Both the position numbers and the translations under genes were made by a program. The notes beneath the pieces are model-generated. The model ran no database searches, was not told where the DNA came from, and worked only from the letters and a program-made list of their open reading frames with translations. From positions 94,302,001 through 94,366,000 of the forward strand of contig OX597815.1 in assembly GCA_951406725.2 (NCBI GenBank): 64,000 nt of DNA. The letters run 5' to 3'. The DNA comes from Octopus vulgaris (lineage: Eukaryota). Shown in pieces: positions 12,181-27,032 of this stretch; the stretch's first letter is position 1, and each line of letters begins with the position of its first letter.

Positions 12181-14507
12181 AATACCCTAAATATCTGAAG
12201 GGAATGAATTGGTCAAGTTCAACAAACCTAGCATTCATTATAGGTAATTTAATAGCAGAATTAATAGCAGGTGCATATCTTTCTTGGAAAGACAATGACA
12301 AAAATGAATGTGTATTACATACATACATACATTCATTCATACATACATACATACATACATACATACATACATACATACATACATACATACATACATACAT
12401 ACCTCATGCATTCAAGTCCCATACACACGTGTACGTGAGTATGTATACATACGTATGAAGATTATTTCTAGTTCAATATATATTCCCTTTTTAACAACAC
12501 ATCTGAAATAAAAGGAATCTACATAGTAGGAACCTAATCTATAAACTTGCAACACAGTGGAGAAAGTTACTGAAATAGCTTTTGTTAATACATAGCAAAC
12601 TAGATATGTTTGCATTCAGACTCACCTTTATTAAGAGAAAAAGAAAAAAAGGAGAAAAGGAGAAAAAAGAAGCTGAATGACTGCAATGATATACAAAATA
12701 AATTGTAAACAGACAAAAGAATGGAATATGGAAGTGACTAACGATGACCGATATCAAGAAGTCGAAGCCAAAGCAGAGGAATACAATAGACTCACATGTT
12801 TGTACGCTGAACAAGAAAGAAAAAGTTTGAAAGCAATAGGAAGTGGTCATTTATTAAATGGAGCTGTATCAGTGACCAGAATGCAGTTTTGCAACGAAAA
12901 TTTTGACACCACAAGAAATAAATGAAAGGTGAATTTAACAGCAGTTTTTCTATTAAATGGGCAGAATGCCTATTCCACGGTGTAGTTGTATCAGTTTCAA
13001 CTCATGGGCCAAGAACCTGTCACATACTACACATGCACAGCTCTAAATAAAGCTAAATACATTTTTCTTGAACATGTAGAATGGATTTCGCGTACTGGTA
13101 TTGTAGCTGATAATGCTAGGTCGTCAACTACAGATTATCACGTAAATATCGATGAACATCTATTAAAGTGGAAATTTCTCAGAAAACCCTTTTCTATTAA
13201 TTTTTTCAAACACACACTCACACACACACACATTCATTTATTAATATTTAGCAGAAGTAACAGAGTGACTCAAAGTTCAAGAGTTTGCGTTGGCACTTAT
13301 CAAACCAGTTACTCTGTTACTTTTACAAAATATTAATAAAAATATACTTACACTCATATTTTGAGTTCTATTTTTCCTGCTTACATCAACATATACACAC
13401 ACACATACACCCCCCGCCACATATTCTTTTAATTGTGGATGTACGCTTCAATCGGTTTATAACCATATAACGCGCGAAGAAGTAGACAACATAAAGAAGT
13501 GAAGATTAACATTCCACTGTAGGCTTGGAAAGTTTTTGAGTGTGGAATGTTAAATTAGGAGATGTGCCTTCCAGATATAGGACAGATATAATTCCGGTCT
13601 GGTATTAACGTTAAAACGGCAAAGTTTAACTTCCCATTTGTCTAGCTTCAAAAATACAGAAACATTTGCCAAAAAAAAATTTAAGCATCTTCGAAGCATA
13701 GAGCAGTCACTGAAACTTCCACTCCATAAACAAACTCTGCTTCTTCTATGAAAAGAATGGTTGTTATATTCATTGTATAATAAATACGTATACAAATATA
13801 AAGGTAAATATTTGTTTGTTTTGTTTTACTCAGTTCTCCTTCTCTTTCCCTCATTTTCAAATGTACCAGCGTTCCTTTGGAATTTTTCCTAGCTTTGGTC
13901 GTTTTTTCTTCTTACTGACACTCGTTTCTCTTTGTTATGTTTCTCTCCATCTCACTTATTCTTCTTCCTTCACCCTTATCCCTCTCCCTTCATCCCTTAC
14001 GCTTCACTGTTTTAATAATTGTCATCCCTATCACTACACCTAACTTATTTATCTACCATCATTAATGATGTGCTAACAATGGTTATTTTTCACGCAAAAA
14101 ATTATCATGGCGTATGCCCAGATATATTTTATCTGTCATTACGTTCACCCATCAATTAAATCAATTAATAAGATTTACTAGATACATGATACTGTCGTAA
14201 AATCCGTCATGCTTATTATACAACCGCACGAGGGATAATAATGGTGTTATCAAGTGGACGACGCCGTTTCCAGTTTTTGGCTCTCATCAGTAATCGAATA
14301 ATTATATTTTGAAGCCGTTGTGAAATTGCATTTATAGTTACTGATGTAAAATTCATAACTAAATCAGGTAGCCTGATTTGAGTAATAGGCACATTTTCAG
14401 GTGTTAGTAAACTATAAATTCACTTCTCTTTTTCTCTTTCATTATTTTTTCGCTTGTATATATAAAATACATTAAATAATCATCGTATTCCAATTACCTT
14501 CACTTTT

Positions 14508-14548
14508 CATGAGCGACTATCTAACATGAGCGACTATCTAACATGAGC
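14508..14548. repeat. 17-bp tandem repeat catgagcgactatctaa x2.4
   Basis: Direct reading. Confidence 0.9.
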
Positions 14549-14708
14549 TACGTATTCATTTTTTTTTTCTTCGATAAAGTTTTCAGAAATAACCCAGTAA
14601 GTTTACTGCCAATTCCGTTAAATATTTATGGACCTTGCTAGCATATAAAATTATCTATGTAATGTAGGATAAATATCTACATTATCCTATATTATATCAG
14701 TATAACCA

Positions 14709-14776
<68 letters not shown>

Positions 14777-14993
14777 ATATATAATATATCATGGTTATAT
14801 ATATATATGTATACCAATATATCTATATATATACACACATATACGTCTATATATATACATATAGATCTATAAATATATATACATATAAATATATAGATAT
14901 GCATTTAAATATACATATAAATATATAAACATTTATATATATATACATATATACATATGCATCTATACAAATACATCTATAAATGTACGTCTG

Positions 14994-15024
<31 letters not shown>

Positions 15025-15529
15025 ACACATCTATATACATACATATATATGTACGCACATATATATATATATTTATAAATATATATATAAATATATACAT
15101 ATATATGTATACATATACATACATATATATATACACATATATACATATATATACATACATATACATATACATATAAAATCTCTCTCTATATATCTACACA
15201 TATACAACTAGGCATATACATCTATATACATGCATATCTATACATATATTTGTACACATACACACATATATACACATATATACATGCATACATATATTTA
15301 TAATATTTATACATATATATGCATATAAATCTCTATATATAAAATGCATATATGCATATATATATATCTACACATATACATGTATACATATACAGCTATA
15401 TATATATACATATATATGGATACATATGTGATATATATACATAATATATGTATGTATGCATATGTGAGATAATAGTCTCACTTTAATAGTTTAAGTATTA
15501 ATATTGAAGCTATTAAACTGAAAGTATCT

Positions 15530-15765
15530 CATATTACGATAGGGATGTTTGTGTTTCACTTTTGACACGTAATACTGAAATAGAGTAACAGATTGCTCTG
15601 GGCTCGCATTAGGCAAGAAGTTGAAAATGTTTTTGGCCCATGACAATGCATGTACCCTAAATAAGGCATGTGTAAAATTTGAAAGAAGTCGGTTGAGTAG
15701 TTCTCGAGTTTTAGGGATTCACACAAACAGACAAACACAGACACACATTCTCAGTTTTATATATT
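15530..15765 (+). mobile_element. Helitron/Helentron-associated non-autonomous element end
   Basis: Shares ttcacttttgacacgtaa with 49394 and has a similar aaaattt...ga...gtcg...acagac...ttatatat terminus to the 47870-49590 element. Confidence 0.6.
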
Positions 15766-16973
15766 AAAATATATACATATATACTACATTGCTTGGCTTT
15801 TTAAAAGTGGAAACCAAATGTTCTTCAATTTATATGCCACTATGTAAGACGATTACTTGCTGGATAATGCTGTCCTGATGTTCCTGTACATATGAAAAAT
15901 TTTGTGGAGACTAGTGATCGACAGCTGAATTGCTCAATAAGAGTAAATATAACCACCACCACCGCCACCATGACATCTCACCTCGACGAAGAATTCTGTC
16001 CGAAACATCAGACGTCATTTCTTGCTAGCATAAAGATATATTTCATTTTGTGAACTCTCTTTTTCCTTACTATTTGCCAATACAAGATATCACTAATTTC
16101 CTTGGATTCTACTGCTTCATTACATTTCAAAAGTATGGTAAAGTGTAAATGTCGCCCTGTCTTTACCATTTTTAAAAAATTTTTCTTCTTCAAAAGAAAC
16201 GGCTTCTGTATATAGTAGAAATCAACATCAAAGAAGAAACTATTCCCCAGACTGTTGCTTTAACCATTGCGGATTACTACGAAATTTTTGACCGAGCAGA
16301 TTTCAGATCAAAAGTGTTTCAGCTTTGACCTTACCATTCCATTTCTTTCTTCAACTGCTTGTATCAAAATAACTTTTCTAATATGACCTTGTATATTGAA
16401 GGTTTCTGTACAGTGTAATTTGAAGGAAATTTGACGATTATTTCTTGTATGTCAACATTGATGGACAAAAAGCAAAAGTTATTTCAGTGGGATTTGAACT
16501 CTCAGTAAGGTATCGAAGAAATTATTTACGCAGCCACACGAATTGGATAGATACAGCAGCCGCATCTCCCACAAATCATACTCTACTCTCATAAAAAATG
16601 GATTCATCTGATAATATGGTCCGGCATATTATTATACACAAAAATCAGATGATCCGTTGATAAGGGAGCCTCTATACGGTCGAACAAGTTACTAGAAATT
16701 GCAGCCAAACCTTGTTCAAATCACAGTATAATCTCTTAAAAAAGAAGAAAGCACACAAAAGATAATGTAGTCCGAAATATACTGTCTGAAATAAGATGGG
16801 ATGATCATGAACTTTAACTGTAGCCTTTAATAAAACAGATAGAATAAGCTTCAAGTCAAGATCGTCATGCTGAAACTCCTTCGTTCATATTTTGGTGAAT
16901 CAAGAGTGAACTAAAATTAAACAACAATACATGATGTTCACGCTGGAATGCTTTTGATGACTCAAAAGTAACC

Positions 16974-17181
<208 letters not shown>

Positions 17182-17737
17182 TGCTCTGATGCAGTACCAG
17201 ACAGTGGCTCTCATAGCTCCTGATCTTAACTGATTGGAAGTGTTATCATGCACATTATTTTGTCTTGATATAAAAGATGGGCTACAGCAAATATTTTGTT
17301 CAATACCACAGATTTGCTTGTCAGTTGTTTGACCTTAACCAGCTGAACATGTCCCTTAGTGGCTGACGATATGTGCATTTCTGATCTCAAGCAGACGTAG
17401 TGGGGGATCATTCTAGCCATGTGTTGAGAGGAATTCTTTGGGGCTTGGATAATTCACGTCTGGAAACATAGGTGTTTCGTTCAACAGCCTTAAACAACCC
17501 TTATTCAGGGACCTTTTGAGCGGGATGGGCTACTCGACCAGAAGAAAATTCTAACTGGGCCCCACCTGCAAGGTCATGCGCTGTTTATCTTGATATGAGA
17601 TCACCATGTCGCGCACATATGGTTGTGATGCATGTGCCTGGTGTACCGTTATCAGACGGGTAGTCATGATGGGTATACTGGACTTCGTATATTTTACCCT
17701 ATTGTCACTTTGATGGCATGTACTGTTCTCTCACTCA
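17182..17737 (+). mobile_element. Non-coding interspersed element ending in an (AAT)n tail, possibly LINE-3'-derived or SINE-like
   Basis: Complex sequence bracketed by (AAT)n arrays, no ORF. Confidence 0.4.
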
Positions 17738-17761
17738 ATAATAATAATAATAATAATAATG

Positions 17762-17827
<66 letters not shown>

Positions 17828-17901
17828 TTAATCATAATAATAATAACAATAACAACAATAATAACAACAACAACAACAATAATAACAACAACAACAACAA
17901 C

Positions 17902-17947
<46 letters not shown>
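17738..17947. repeat. (AAT)n/(AAC)n microsatellite
   Basis: Direct reading. Confidence 0.95.
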
Positions 17948-17951
<4 letters not shown>

Positions 17952-18074
17952 TGTGGATCATTGAGTGCTAGATCTGCTTGGAATTGCAAGGAATGTAATG
18001 TTTTTCCCGAAAAGAAGCATGCTGGGGTGGAAAACTGAACTGACATCTTACGGTAAAAAAGCTTGGGCATCCTG

Positions 18075-18970
18075 GGTATCAGAAGAGGGATTTTCCAGGT
18101 GATAGCCTATCTCCGTTGCTTTTTGTTCTCTGCATGATACTCCTGACCTTGGTACTTAGGAAAATAAACCCGGAGTATCAACTAAAGGAAAAATCTCAAA
18201 CAATCAACCACCTCCTCTTCATGGATGATTTGAAACTGTATAGCAAAGATGAGACACAGGTGAGTTCCTTGGTGAACAGGGTTCACTGTTTTAGTACTGA
18301 TATTAGAATGGAATTTGAACTCAAGAAGTGCGGAATAATCTATCTAAAAAGAAGAAAGGTACAGTCCCTAGCCGGGAATAGATTTACCGAACAGAGACTT
18401 GATTAAACAAGTTGAAACGGAAGGATGCAAATACCTTGATGTACTAGGTTTCAACGAGATAATGGAGAAAGAAATGAAAGAGCAAATAAGGATGGAGTAA
18501 TTCCGAAGACTGAGGTTGGTGTTGCGCTCAAAATTGATTGGACGGAATATAATCGAAGCAGTTAATACATGGGCGATAGCATCACTTCGGTATGGAGCCG
18601 GAATTATAAAATGGCAAAAGAGAGTAATGAAGAAAATGGATACCAAAACCAGAAAAATGTTGACAGTATACGGAGCCTTTCACACTAAGAGTGACACCGA
18701 TAGGCTGTATTTGTCCAGAAGAAAGGGTGGGAGAGGTTTAATCAGTCGCTAGAGTTGTTTCGAAGCGGAGGAAAACAGCCTAGGGTAGTATATAAAAAAA
18801 TAAGGCCGTGGATCGACTGTTGAAACACTCATCAACACTGAAAATTGTGTAACTAAAGAAATATTTAAACAAGAAATTAACTAAAAAGGTGGCTATGGAT
18901 GAGGAGAAGTAACCTGAAGATGGAGACAGAAGCACTCATATGCTCAGTTCAGGAACAAGCTTTAAGGATC
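18075..18970 (+). pseudogene. R4/Dong-like non-LTR retrotransposon RT fragment
   Basis: IRRGIFQ(G)DSLSPLLFVL, INHLLFMDDLKLY, AVNTWAIASLRYGAGII, DRLYLSRRKGGRGL, ETEALICSVQEQAL. Multiple stops and frameshifts. Confidence 0.8.
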
Positions 18971-19449
18971 AGAAATTCTTGTCTCGCTGATGGCCACCAT
19001 AACTATGTCTAGTGACCGGAGATAGTTGATTAGGTGGCCTCAATTCCAAGGCGACCCCATCCTATTCTAAGTAAGGTCAAGTTCGAGAGAAGGAGGAAAG
19101 TGAGAAAAACTATTTGCATTAATTCTGTGGGAAGGAGAGATGTTTTGTCTCTCTGGTTAGCTGTAGGGGTTTCTTCAAACAGTTCTTTATAAATCTTTTA
19201 TTGATGCTCCCTCTGAAGTATTTCACTTCCTCGGAGCATTTGTTTTTTCTTGGCATTTTATGTTTTGCGTTGTTTGGCTAATGTTTGTGTGTGTTGGTGT
19301 GCGATATGCTTGTGTGATGAAAACGCACACCAAAAAGTATAAAGCAAGAAAAAAGAAAAGAGAAAATAACACGCCAACAATATCAGCTAGAAGGTTCAAA
19401 CTCATTGAAGAATCACCTCTCAACGACAATACACCAAGACCATCAACAA

Positions 19450-20375
19450 CATCATAATCACATACACAAGCAACATCACAAGCACCAGCCGGTTCCATTC
19501 CACACCCAAACCAAGTCCAAAAACAACAAAGAAACAGTATAGACTTCGCTGCTATAAACACAGACAACAAACAACGATACAAATACTTTTTGCAATGTAC
19601 TTTCTTCACCGTCACCTTTGCGACACGACATCTCTGAGTTATCAGAAGCGGGGAAACGGATGTTTTGGTGGTGGCTATTGTCTTTTTCTTCTTTGATCTG
19701 AAGGTTCTCAGCTGCTGCTGTGTTGGTGATGTAGTGACCTTTGAGGGCAGCATTTCTGTCTAGTGTTTGTTGCTATTACTTCTTGGCATTATTTGTGTTG
19801 TTGCTGCTCCTGTTGCTTTTACAGCTGCTTTGGTGGCTGTTGAGCTTAATGTTTCAGTTACTGTCATTGTTGCTATTCTTATCACACGCTGCTGTCGGTG
19901 CTGCTTTTTCCTGTTGGTGTTTTTGTTACTCTGGTGATGGTGTCGGAAGTGGCGATCTTGATTCTCTCAGCTTTTGCTTTGAGTAGAAATCCTTGAGATG
20001 TTTGTATCCGCCCTCAATTGTCTCCTATAGCCGTGAGTCGTCTGGTGGACTGATCAGATTCGGAATGAATTCCATGCTTTGGTGACTCTTTTGGATTAAG
20101 AACTCCATCCCTTGACCTGGCTAATTTTGTTTGTGCAGCATGTGGATCTGCAAGATATTGCTTTTGTCCTCTATGTCGAAGGAGAGAACCGCCACCAACG
20201 AACATATATTTACTTCTGGTGGTACGTCTACTATCTTTAACCTTACTACTCCACGGCTAAGGTAGGTTGATATGAGAACCGGTTCGTCACTCCTTAGGGT
20301 TGTTCTGGAGTGTTTCCTGGCCTCATCCTCTGCTGGAAATAGCACCTCTGCTGTACCTTCTCTACTAACTCAGCT
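19450..20375 (-). pseudogene. Decayed gag/ORF1-like coding remnant with a (CAA/CAG)-rich low-complexity region
   Basis: VLFPAEDEARKHSRTTLRSDEPVLISTYLSRGVVRLKIVDVPPEV. Similar organisation at 35580-36300. Confidence 0.4.
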
Positions 20376-20384
20376 CACCACTTT

Positions 20385-20532
20385 TGGTTTCAAATTTTAG
20401 TACAAGGCCAGAAATATTGGGGTAGGGGGTTCAGTCAATATCAATCGGCTCCATTACGCAACTGGCTTGTGTATCGTGTTCGAGAAAGGACGAAAGGCAA
20501 AGTCAACCTCGGCGAAATTTGAACTCAGAACA
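20385..20532. mobile_element. SINE-like family B fragment
   Basis: aaaggcaaagtcaacctcggcgaaatttgaactcagaac motif shared with 25095-25740 and 26810-27030. Confidence 0.7.
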
Positions 20533-20777
20533 AGAGAAAGGAGAAAAACAGGATAAGAGAGAATAGAATAGAAAGTGAAGATTATGAGCGACGAGAGGAA
20601 GGAAAGGAAGGAGAAAAGCACGAAGTAGGAGAAGGGCGAAAAGGGTGAAAGAAGAAACGGGGAGAATATTGACAATCAGAAGAACAATAAATATTACCAA
20701 GAAAAAACTTCGAAAAGCTTCCGATTCTTTTACTGTAGGAAAATAAAACGAAAAAAAAAATAGCGTTTTAGACAGCA

Positions 20778-20851
<74 letters not shown>

Positions 20852-21639
20852 ATATCTATATCTATAGATATATATATAATATACATAATCACACACATAT
20901 GTATATACATATATATGTATGTGTAGATGTATACATCTGTACATGCTTGTGTATGTCTATATGCATATGTAGACATACACAAATACATGCATACGCACGC
21001 ATACATACATATGTATATATATATATATATATATATACACATACATACGTATATGTATACACACACCAAGAAAGAAGATTACACCAGACTCAATAGAATA
21101 TTGATACAATGGAATATTGTTGACGAACAAACGAACATAGACGCTCTGACATCACAAATAGGTTTGGCAGCAGTTAGCTACGACAGCATAATGGGAAATA
21201 ATAGAATGATGTTATCATTGTGATGAAACAATAGGAGTAGGAGTCAGTTACGACAGAATAACCGAATTACTATTGAGGAAGAGATTGAAACAGTCACACT
21301 GACATCAAAATTTCCTCGCTATTCTCCAGTTTCAGTTATACAGGCACAGTATGTAATATATTGTGGTAAAAAAAAATGGAATAACTAAGATCATTCAGGC
21401 GATTAGTAGAAAAAGACTCACTCTAGGAGTGTTTAAATTGTAAGAAACAAGCTGGGGAAATAGTTTCAATTTGATCTTACTGTGGAAATGCCATTGGGAG
21501 AGGATATTGTCTTTAATGGCAACACTGGTGAAATCCGCGAATGTATTACTTATGTACAACCGTATTTGAATGTACTACTTATATACAGCTGTGTTGTGAA
21601 TTACACGATAAATGTTATTCGGCTGGAACTTACATTCGC

Positions 21640-21950
21640 CAGTCAATGTGGTCTCTACTAAAACTATGGTCTCAACTAGTTGCTAAATCTCCTTCAAATG
21701 AAACCACATCTTTAGAAATAGGAAGAAAACATTTGAAAATGTTGTCCGATATATACTAAATCAGAGAAACACAGCTGTCAAGCCAATTAGGGACCCTCCA
21801 CATGGTTACTCGAGTTACTAAAATTACACCTCGTTGTCTTAAAAATAGAGATGGTGGCGTTAGATAATAAAGTCCTGGACATTGCAAAATAATGGGAGGA
21901 TCATAGCTAGAATGTTTTTATTATGTCTGCACGATCAAGGATAAACCAAA
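21640..21950 (+). mobile_element. Old SINE-like family C copies (aaatctccctcaaatcacac...ggctggaatgcctttgatcatagg)
   Basis: Diverged motif recurring near 16550, 27150, 29400-30350 and 63310-63660. Confidence 0.55.
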
Positions 21951-22040
21951 GCCACCACCAGCACCAGTACCAGCACCAGCACCAGCATCACCAGCACCAG
22001 CATCACCATCACCACCACCATCACCACCACCACCACCACC

Positions 22041-22072
<32 letters not shown>

Positions 22073-22519
22073 CAACAATGCCAGCAGTAACAATTCCATT
22101 TATCTTAGATTTATCTATGTTCGTTTTATTCCTTTTATTCTACTTTATTCCTTTTTTGTTCTACTCAGAGTTTGAACTTTTCAGAGCCTCCAAAACACGG
22201 GGATGGAGTTGATGAACGAATTACACAAAAATCCTACCTATTTATTCAGGGGTTTCTCTGCCTTATGACTATTTCAAAACTCCATGTTACTTTTATCCCA
22301 CTGCTAAAATCATAGTCATCATCACCAGTTTAGTTATGAACCTATATACGAAAAATACTCAACATGATGGATGAGCAACTGAAGGAGACCTTAAACCTGT
22401 TTCTATTGGAAAGCTTTCTATACCTGTGTGTGTGTAGAAAAATGCTTATCCACTATTTTAAGGAAGGTATTACCTATGCTGGATATAACATTTATAGACA
22501 AAACGCTGTGTAAACGAAC

Positions 22520-23160
22520 CTGCAATGTGATCTAGTTCACACTCCCTTCGTTGAGGTGATAACTTATGTGCTATGCTAGGAGTAGCGGAGTAGGAGAGCT
22601 GTGTCGTATTGTGATTGAAAATTTTGCTGTATCTACAATGGCGGGGTTGATAAGCAAAACAAAATATAAGAAGAAAGTTTTGGAAAAGTGTGTAGTGACT
22701 TCAGGGTTGAGCTGAGGAGTATATCATATATATTTTTTGTTTATTTCTAGTCTTGTTATCATGATTTTGTGAGTTATTTGTAAGATATATTCCTGTTGAA
22801 GTCGTTGCATTTTGACACTTCGGTATAGTATGGATCGTGTTCGTTATAGTGGGGGTTTTGTGTCATATGTTTGTCACTAAATTCTTAATGATAGATTTAG
22901 AGAATTCAAGTATTTATTGATGTAGTGGAATTGATTGGATATTCTATATGGGCAATATAAGCTGCAATCTAAATCTAGGGTTACATCAAGGACATTTACT
23001 GCAGTGATTTTAAATCTCAGTTATTTGAAGAACTGGGGGCAGTCCTTCATCTTGTTTAGGATGCAGTGGTTACTAGTGGCAGTTGCAATAAATCTAGCTG
23101 TACGATATAGTTTTTGTCATATTTTATGGAGTATTTATGAGCCAAATCAACGCCTGTTAT
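22520..23160 (-). pseudogene. Penelope-like RT thumb remnant of the YRDD type
   Basis: VNVLDVTLDL...YCPYR...YINK...SIIKN and KIFNHNTTQLSYSATP in degenerate frames. Related to 40600-41300. Confidence 0.55.
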
Positions 23161-23946
23161 GCTAACATCGAAGGGGTAGTCGAATGTCTGTTATGTTGTT
23201 GTTATTATTATTGTTTTTGCTTACCCTTGAGTCATCAAAGATGTTTTGAATTCTGATGTACTTTGTGTAGAATATAGGATAGCGTCCGCTCATGTTCCAG
23301 TAATTAGAAGTATGGGTAGAGTGATGAAAGCATAACCATACCAGTATATGGTTATCATCGATGACAGCCACAAAGTGTACATAGTAATCGAGAAAAATAA
23401 CATGTTATAATCCTCCACATAACTTCGAAGTTACTAGTTTTCCCTTAAATGTTTTCGCTCACAACTTTAAGAACCAATACGGTATTCTCCCATACCGCTA
23501 GGCCACGTGATAAAAACGGAGACATTTTGATGAGCTGTAGCCTAAATTTCTCAGAGGCCCACACATACATTTAACTATGAGACGTTTGATGACACTGTCA
23601 TATTTTAGTGTTTGTGCTAATTTCAACATCATAAATATTGCACATCACAATATTTGCGTATTATTGCTTTTCCCACTTTTCTTTTATTAAATTCAACATT
23701 ACTTAGGTGATATACTTACTATGCAAAACTCATAACTGAGTTAGATATTTAAGGCGGGGAGATCTAAGACGCTGCAACAATATATTGAGAAGCTTGGCAA
23801 TAATCAATTTCCCAGATTACCATTATTTACGAAGCATAGAAAATATCGTAAAACTGTAAGATACCAGAGTGTTTAACAAAACGGCACATACATAATACAT
23901 ACATAATACATACTTACATACATTTATCATAGTGGCTCTATATATT

Positions 23947-23995
<49 letters not shown>

Positions 23996-24230
23996 TGAAT
24001 TAGTGTTTAAGGACTATAAAATATCCCCCTGAATTTAAGAGCACAATTGTTCACATAGCGTTCAGCTCCAATATATTATTACAGCGCAATAATCATGTTC
24101 AGACCTAGATATAGAGAATAGTACAAAGTAAATATTTCACAGATGTTTCATAATTTTACTCTAATTTAGATTGAAATTAGGAAACATATGTGAAATATCT
24201 ATTTTTCTACTGTTTTCTCCCTCCCCTCCC

Positions 24231-24281
<51 letters not shown>

Positions 24282-24479
24282 TATATATGTGTATATAAAT
24301 GTATATAAATGTATATATATATGTATATATGAATATATATATATATATATGTATATATGTATATACATATATATATATATGTATATATATATATATGTAT
24401 GTATATATATACGTATATATGTATATGTATGTATATATATATGTATATATGTATCTAGCTATCTATATATATATGTATC

Positions 24480-24513
<34 letters not shown>

Positions 24514-24767
24514 TGTATGTATGTATGTATCTATCTATGTATCTATCTATCTATCTATCTATTTATCAATCTATCTATCTATCTATTACGCAGAAGAAAT
24601 AAAATATAGGCATACTTGAGCGGTTAGGAAGTTTATTTTGTAAACATAAAACTTCGAGTTTGATTCCTCTCGGTGATATCCTTAACAATTGTATTTTTTC
24701 CATAGACAATAAGTGCTCGGTGTCCATCTGTTGTTGTTTTATGTTTATATCTTAAGCAAGTTTCTGA

Positions 24768-24965
24768 ATATATGAGGAAGTGCAGAAAAGTTCCTGGATT
24801 TAAGGATATCATGAAAGGCCTGGTTAGAGGCCTAACCTTCCGAGCTCTTTTACAGGGTTTAGAAAATCTGAAGGATCGCTGCAGTAAGTCAATCTGAGAG
24901 GGGAATATGATGAATAAAATCATAACTGATAGTCCTGTTTCTTTACCCAAAGAAACATAGTTTTT
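24768..24965 (+). mobile_element. Mariner-derived MITE remnant
   Basis: gaaaagttcctgg TIR-like start and a mariner-like C-terminus (GLENLKDRCSK...LRGEYDE*). Confidence 0.55.
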
Positions 24966-25094
24966 ATGGTACCATTCCTCAATGTTGTTCACATCTGCAT
25001 GATATGTATAAATATTTTCAAGGATATATTTTGATTTGATTTGTGTGTAATACTTTTAAACTCTTAAATAGTATGCACACACACCGACGCGTAC

Positions 25095-25740
25095 ACTCCA
25101 GTGCGTAACTGGTACTTATTTAATCGACCCCGAAAGGATGAAAGGCAAAGTCGACCTCGGCGGAATTTGAACACAGAACGTAGCGGCAGACGAAATACCT
25201 ATTTCTTTATTACCCACAAGGGGCTAAACATAGAGAGGACAAACAAGGACAGACAAACGGATTAAGTCGATTATATCGACCCCAGTGCGTAGCTGGTACT
25301 TATTTAATCGAACCCGAAAGGATGAAAGGCAGTATTTCATCTGCCTTTACGTTCTGAGTTCAAATTCCGCCGAAGTCGACTTTGTCTTTCATCCTTTCGG
25401 AGTCGATAAATTAAGTACCATTGCGTACTTGGGTCGATCTAATCAACTGCTCCCCCCACCGCAAAAAAAATTCGAGCCTTGTGCCTAGACAGAAAAGAAT
25501 ATTGAACAACGAAGTAAGGCAGCGAATTGGCAGATTCGTTACCGTACCCGACCAAATACTTATTGGCATTTCTTCCGACTTTACGTTCTGAGTTAAAATC
25601 TCCGTCGAATTCGACTTTGCCTGTCATCCTTTTGGAATCGATAAAATAGGTACCAGTTGAGGATTGGGGACGAAGTAATCGACTTTCCCCCTCCGACGTA
25701 ATTATTAGTAATAGCCGAAATTTGAAACCGGTATTAAACA
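25095..25740. mobile_element. Cluster of SINE-like family B copies, tandem then inverted
   Basis: ccagtgcgta.ctggtacttatttaatcga at 25098 and 25282, reverse-complement copies at 25335-25500 and 25510-25740. Confidence 0.8.
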
Positions 25741-26809
25741 ACGGATGAAGAAATATTTTATTTAATTTATTGCAGAAATATCTGGAAAATACATTAAATA
25801 ATGTCTCAAAAAGATTGTTTTATTATAACAGTCACTTTGTTTATAGTTACACTCTGTTCAGATGTGTGGGATTATATGAAGGGTGATAATTAATTCATGC
25901 TCATGAAGTCTTCCTATTACTTAATGTCGCATTCTGTTTGTAGTCACACACTTTTAAATTTGAACTCAGACCAATAATATATCAAACTACCAAACAAGAT
26001 TGAGAAGAATCATATACATGATCATAACATTGAGAACTGTAGATATACAAATATTGATTTCAGCGGAATAGACACTTCAAAAAACGAAAGTGTACAATAC
26101 TGACAATAGTTTTATTATTGAATATTTCAGTCTTTAATACGTAATTTTTTTGTTTTTTATAAAGGACATCTCTGTATGATATGGTTTAGAAACATATATA
26201 AGTTATGTAATGATGCAGCCGTAGAAAATCAAAATAATGCAGGCATTCATCTACAGATATCTCCAGGCATTCTCTTTAATTTATTTTGAATGCTACTGAT
26301 TCTTTTGAATCCCTTTTCAGAAGGCTTCAATATTGTTATACAAAACAGAATCAATAAAGTCACAAGAATGTTTAGCAGAAGGGTCCTGGTAATTAAGTGC
26401 ATGATTGATGCTATTGCATTGCAGTTACATAACTTAAAAGTATTACGTCTGTTTGAAAGTATCCAATCAAGAAAGCATTGTTTACTTTCGTTTTTGAGAT
26501 GTTAATTATATATGTTGCTTCATTATTGATATTGACACAAAGATACAAATCTGCGAAATGCGTGTAGTCGAATATATACACAGATATACACGTCCGAGAC
26601 CACTTCCAAAATAAGACTATTCTACTGATTCAACCTCAAGTTCTAAGAGGTGAGGTTTCACTTCTCTGCTGTTGTAAGCATTAGAGCCTCACCTATTCAA
26701 ATCGATGAAGAGCCTCCCCGTCATTACTCAACCTACGAGAAACAGCAAACAAAGCTTCCTTAAATGATATCCCCACAACCTTTGAGCAATAGGTTTATAT
26801 AATCTACAG

Positions 26810-27032
26810 TTTCAGGTGGGGAGGTAAGTCTATTGCAACAACATCAGTATCCACTTGGTGCATATTTTATCAACCCCGAACCGATGAAAACAAAGTCGAC
26901 CTCAGCAGAATTTGAACTCAGAACGAAAAGGCGAACGAAATGCCGCCAGGCATTTTACCCGGCGTGTTTACGATTCTGCCAGCTTATCGCCTTCGATATC
27001 TTAAATATTGACTTCAAATTTTGGCACAAAAC
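26810..27032. mobile_element. SINE-like family B copy
   Basis: caaagtcgacctcagcagaatttgaactcagaacg. Confidence 0.7.
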
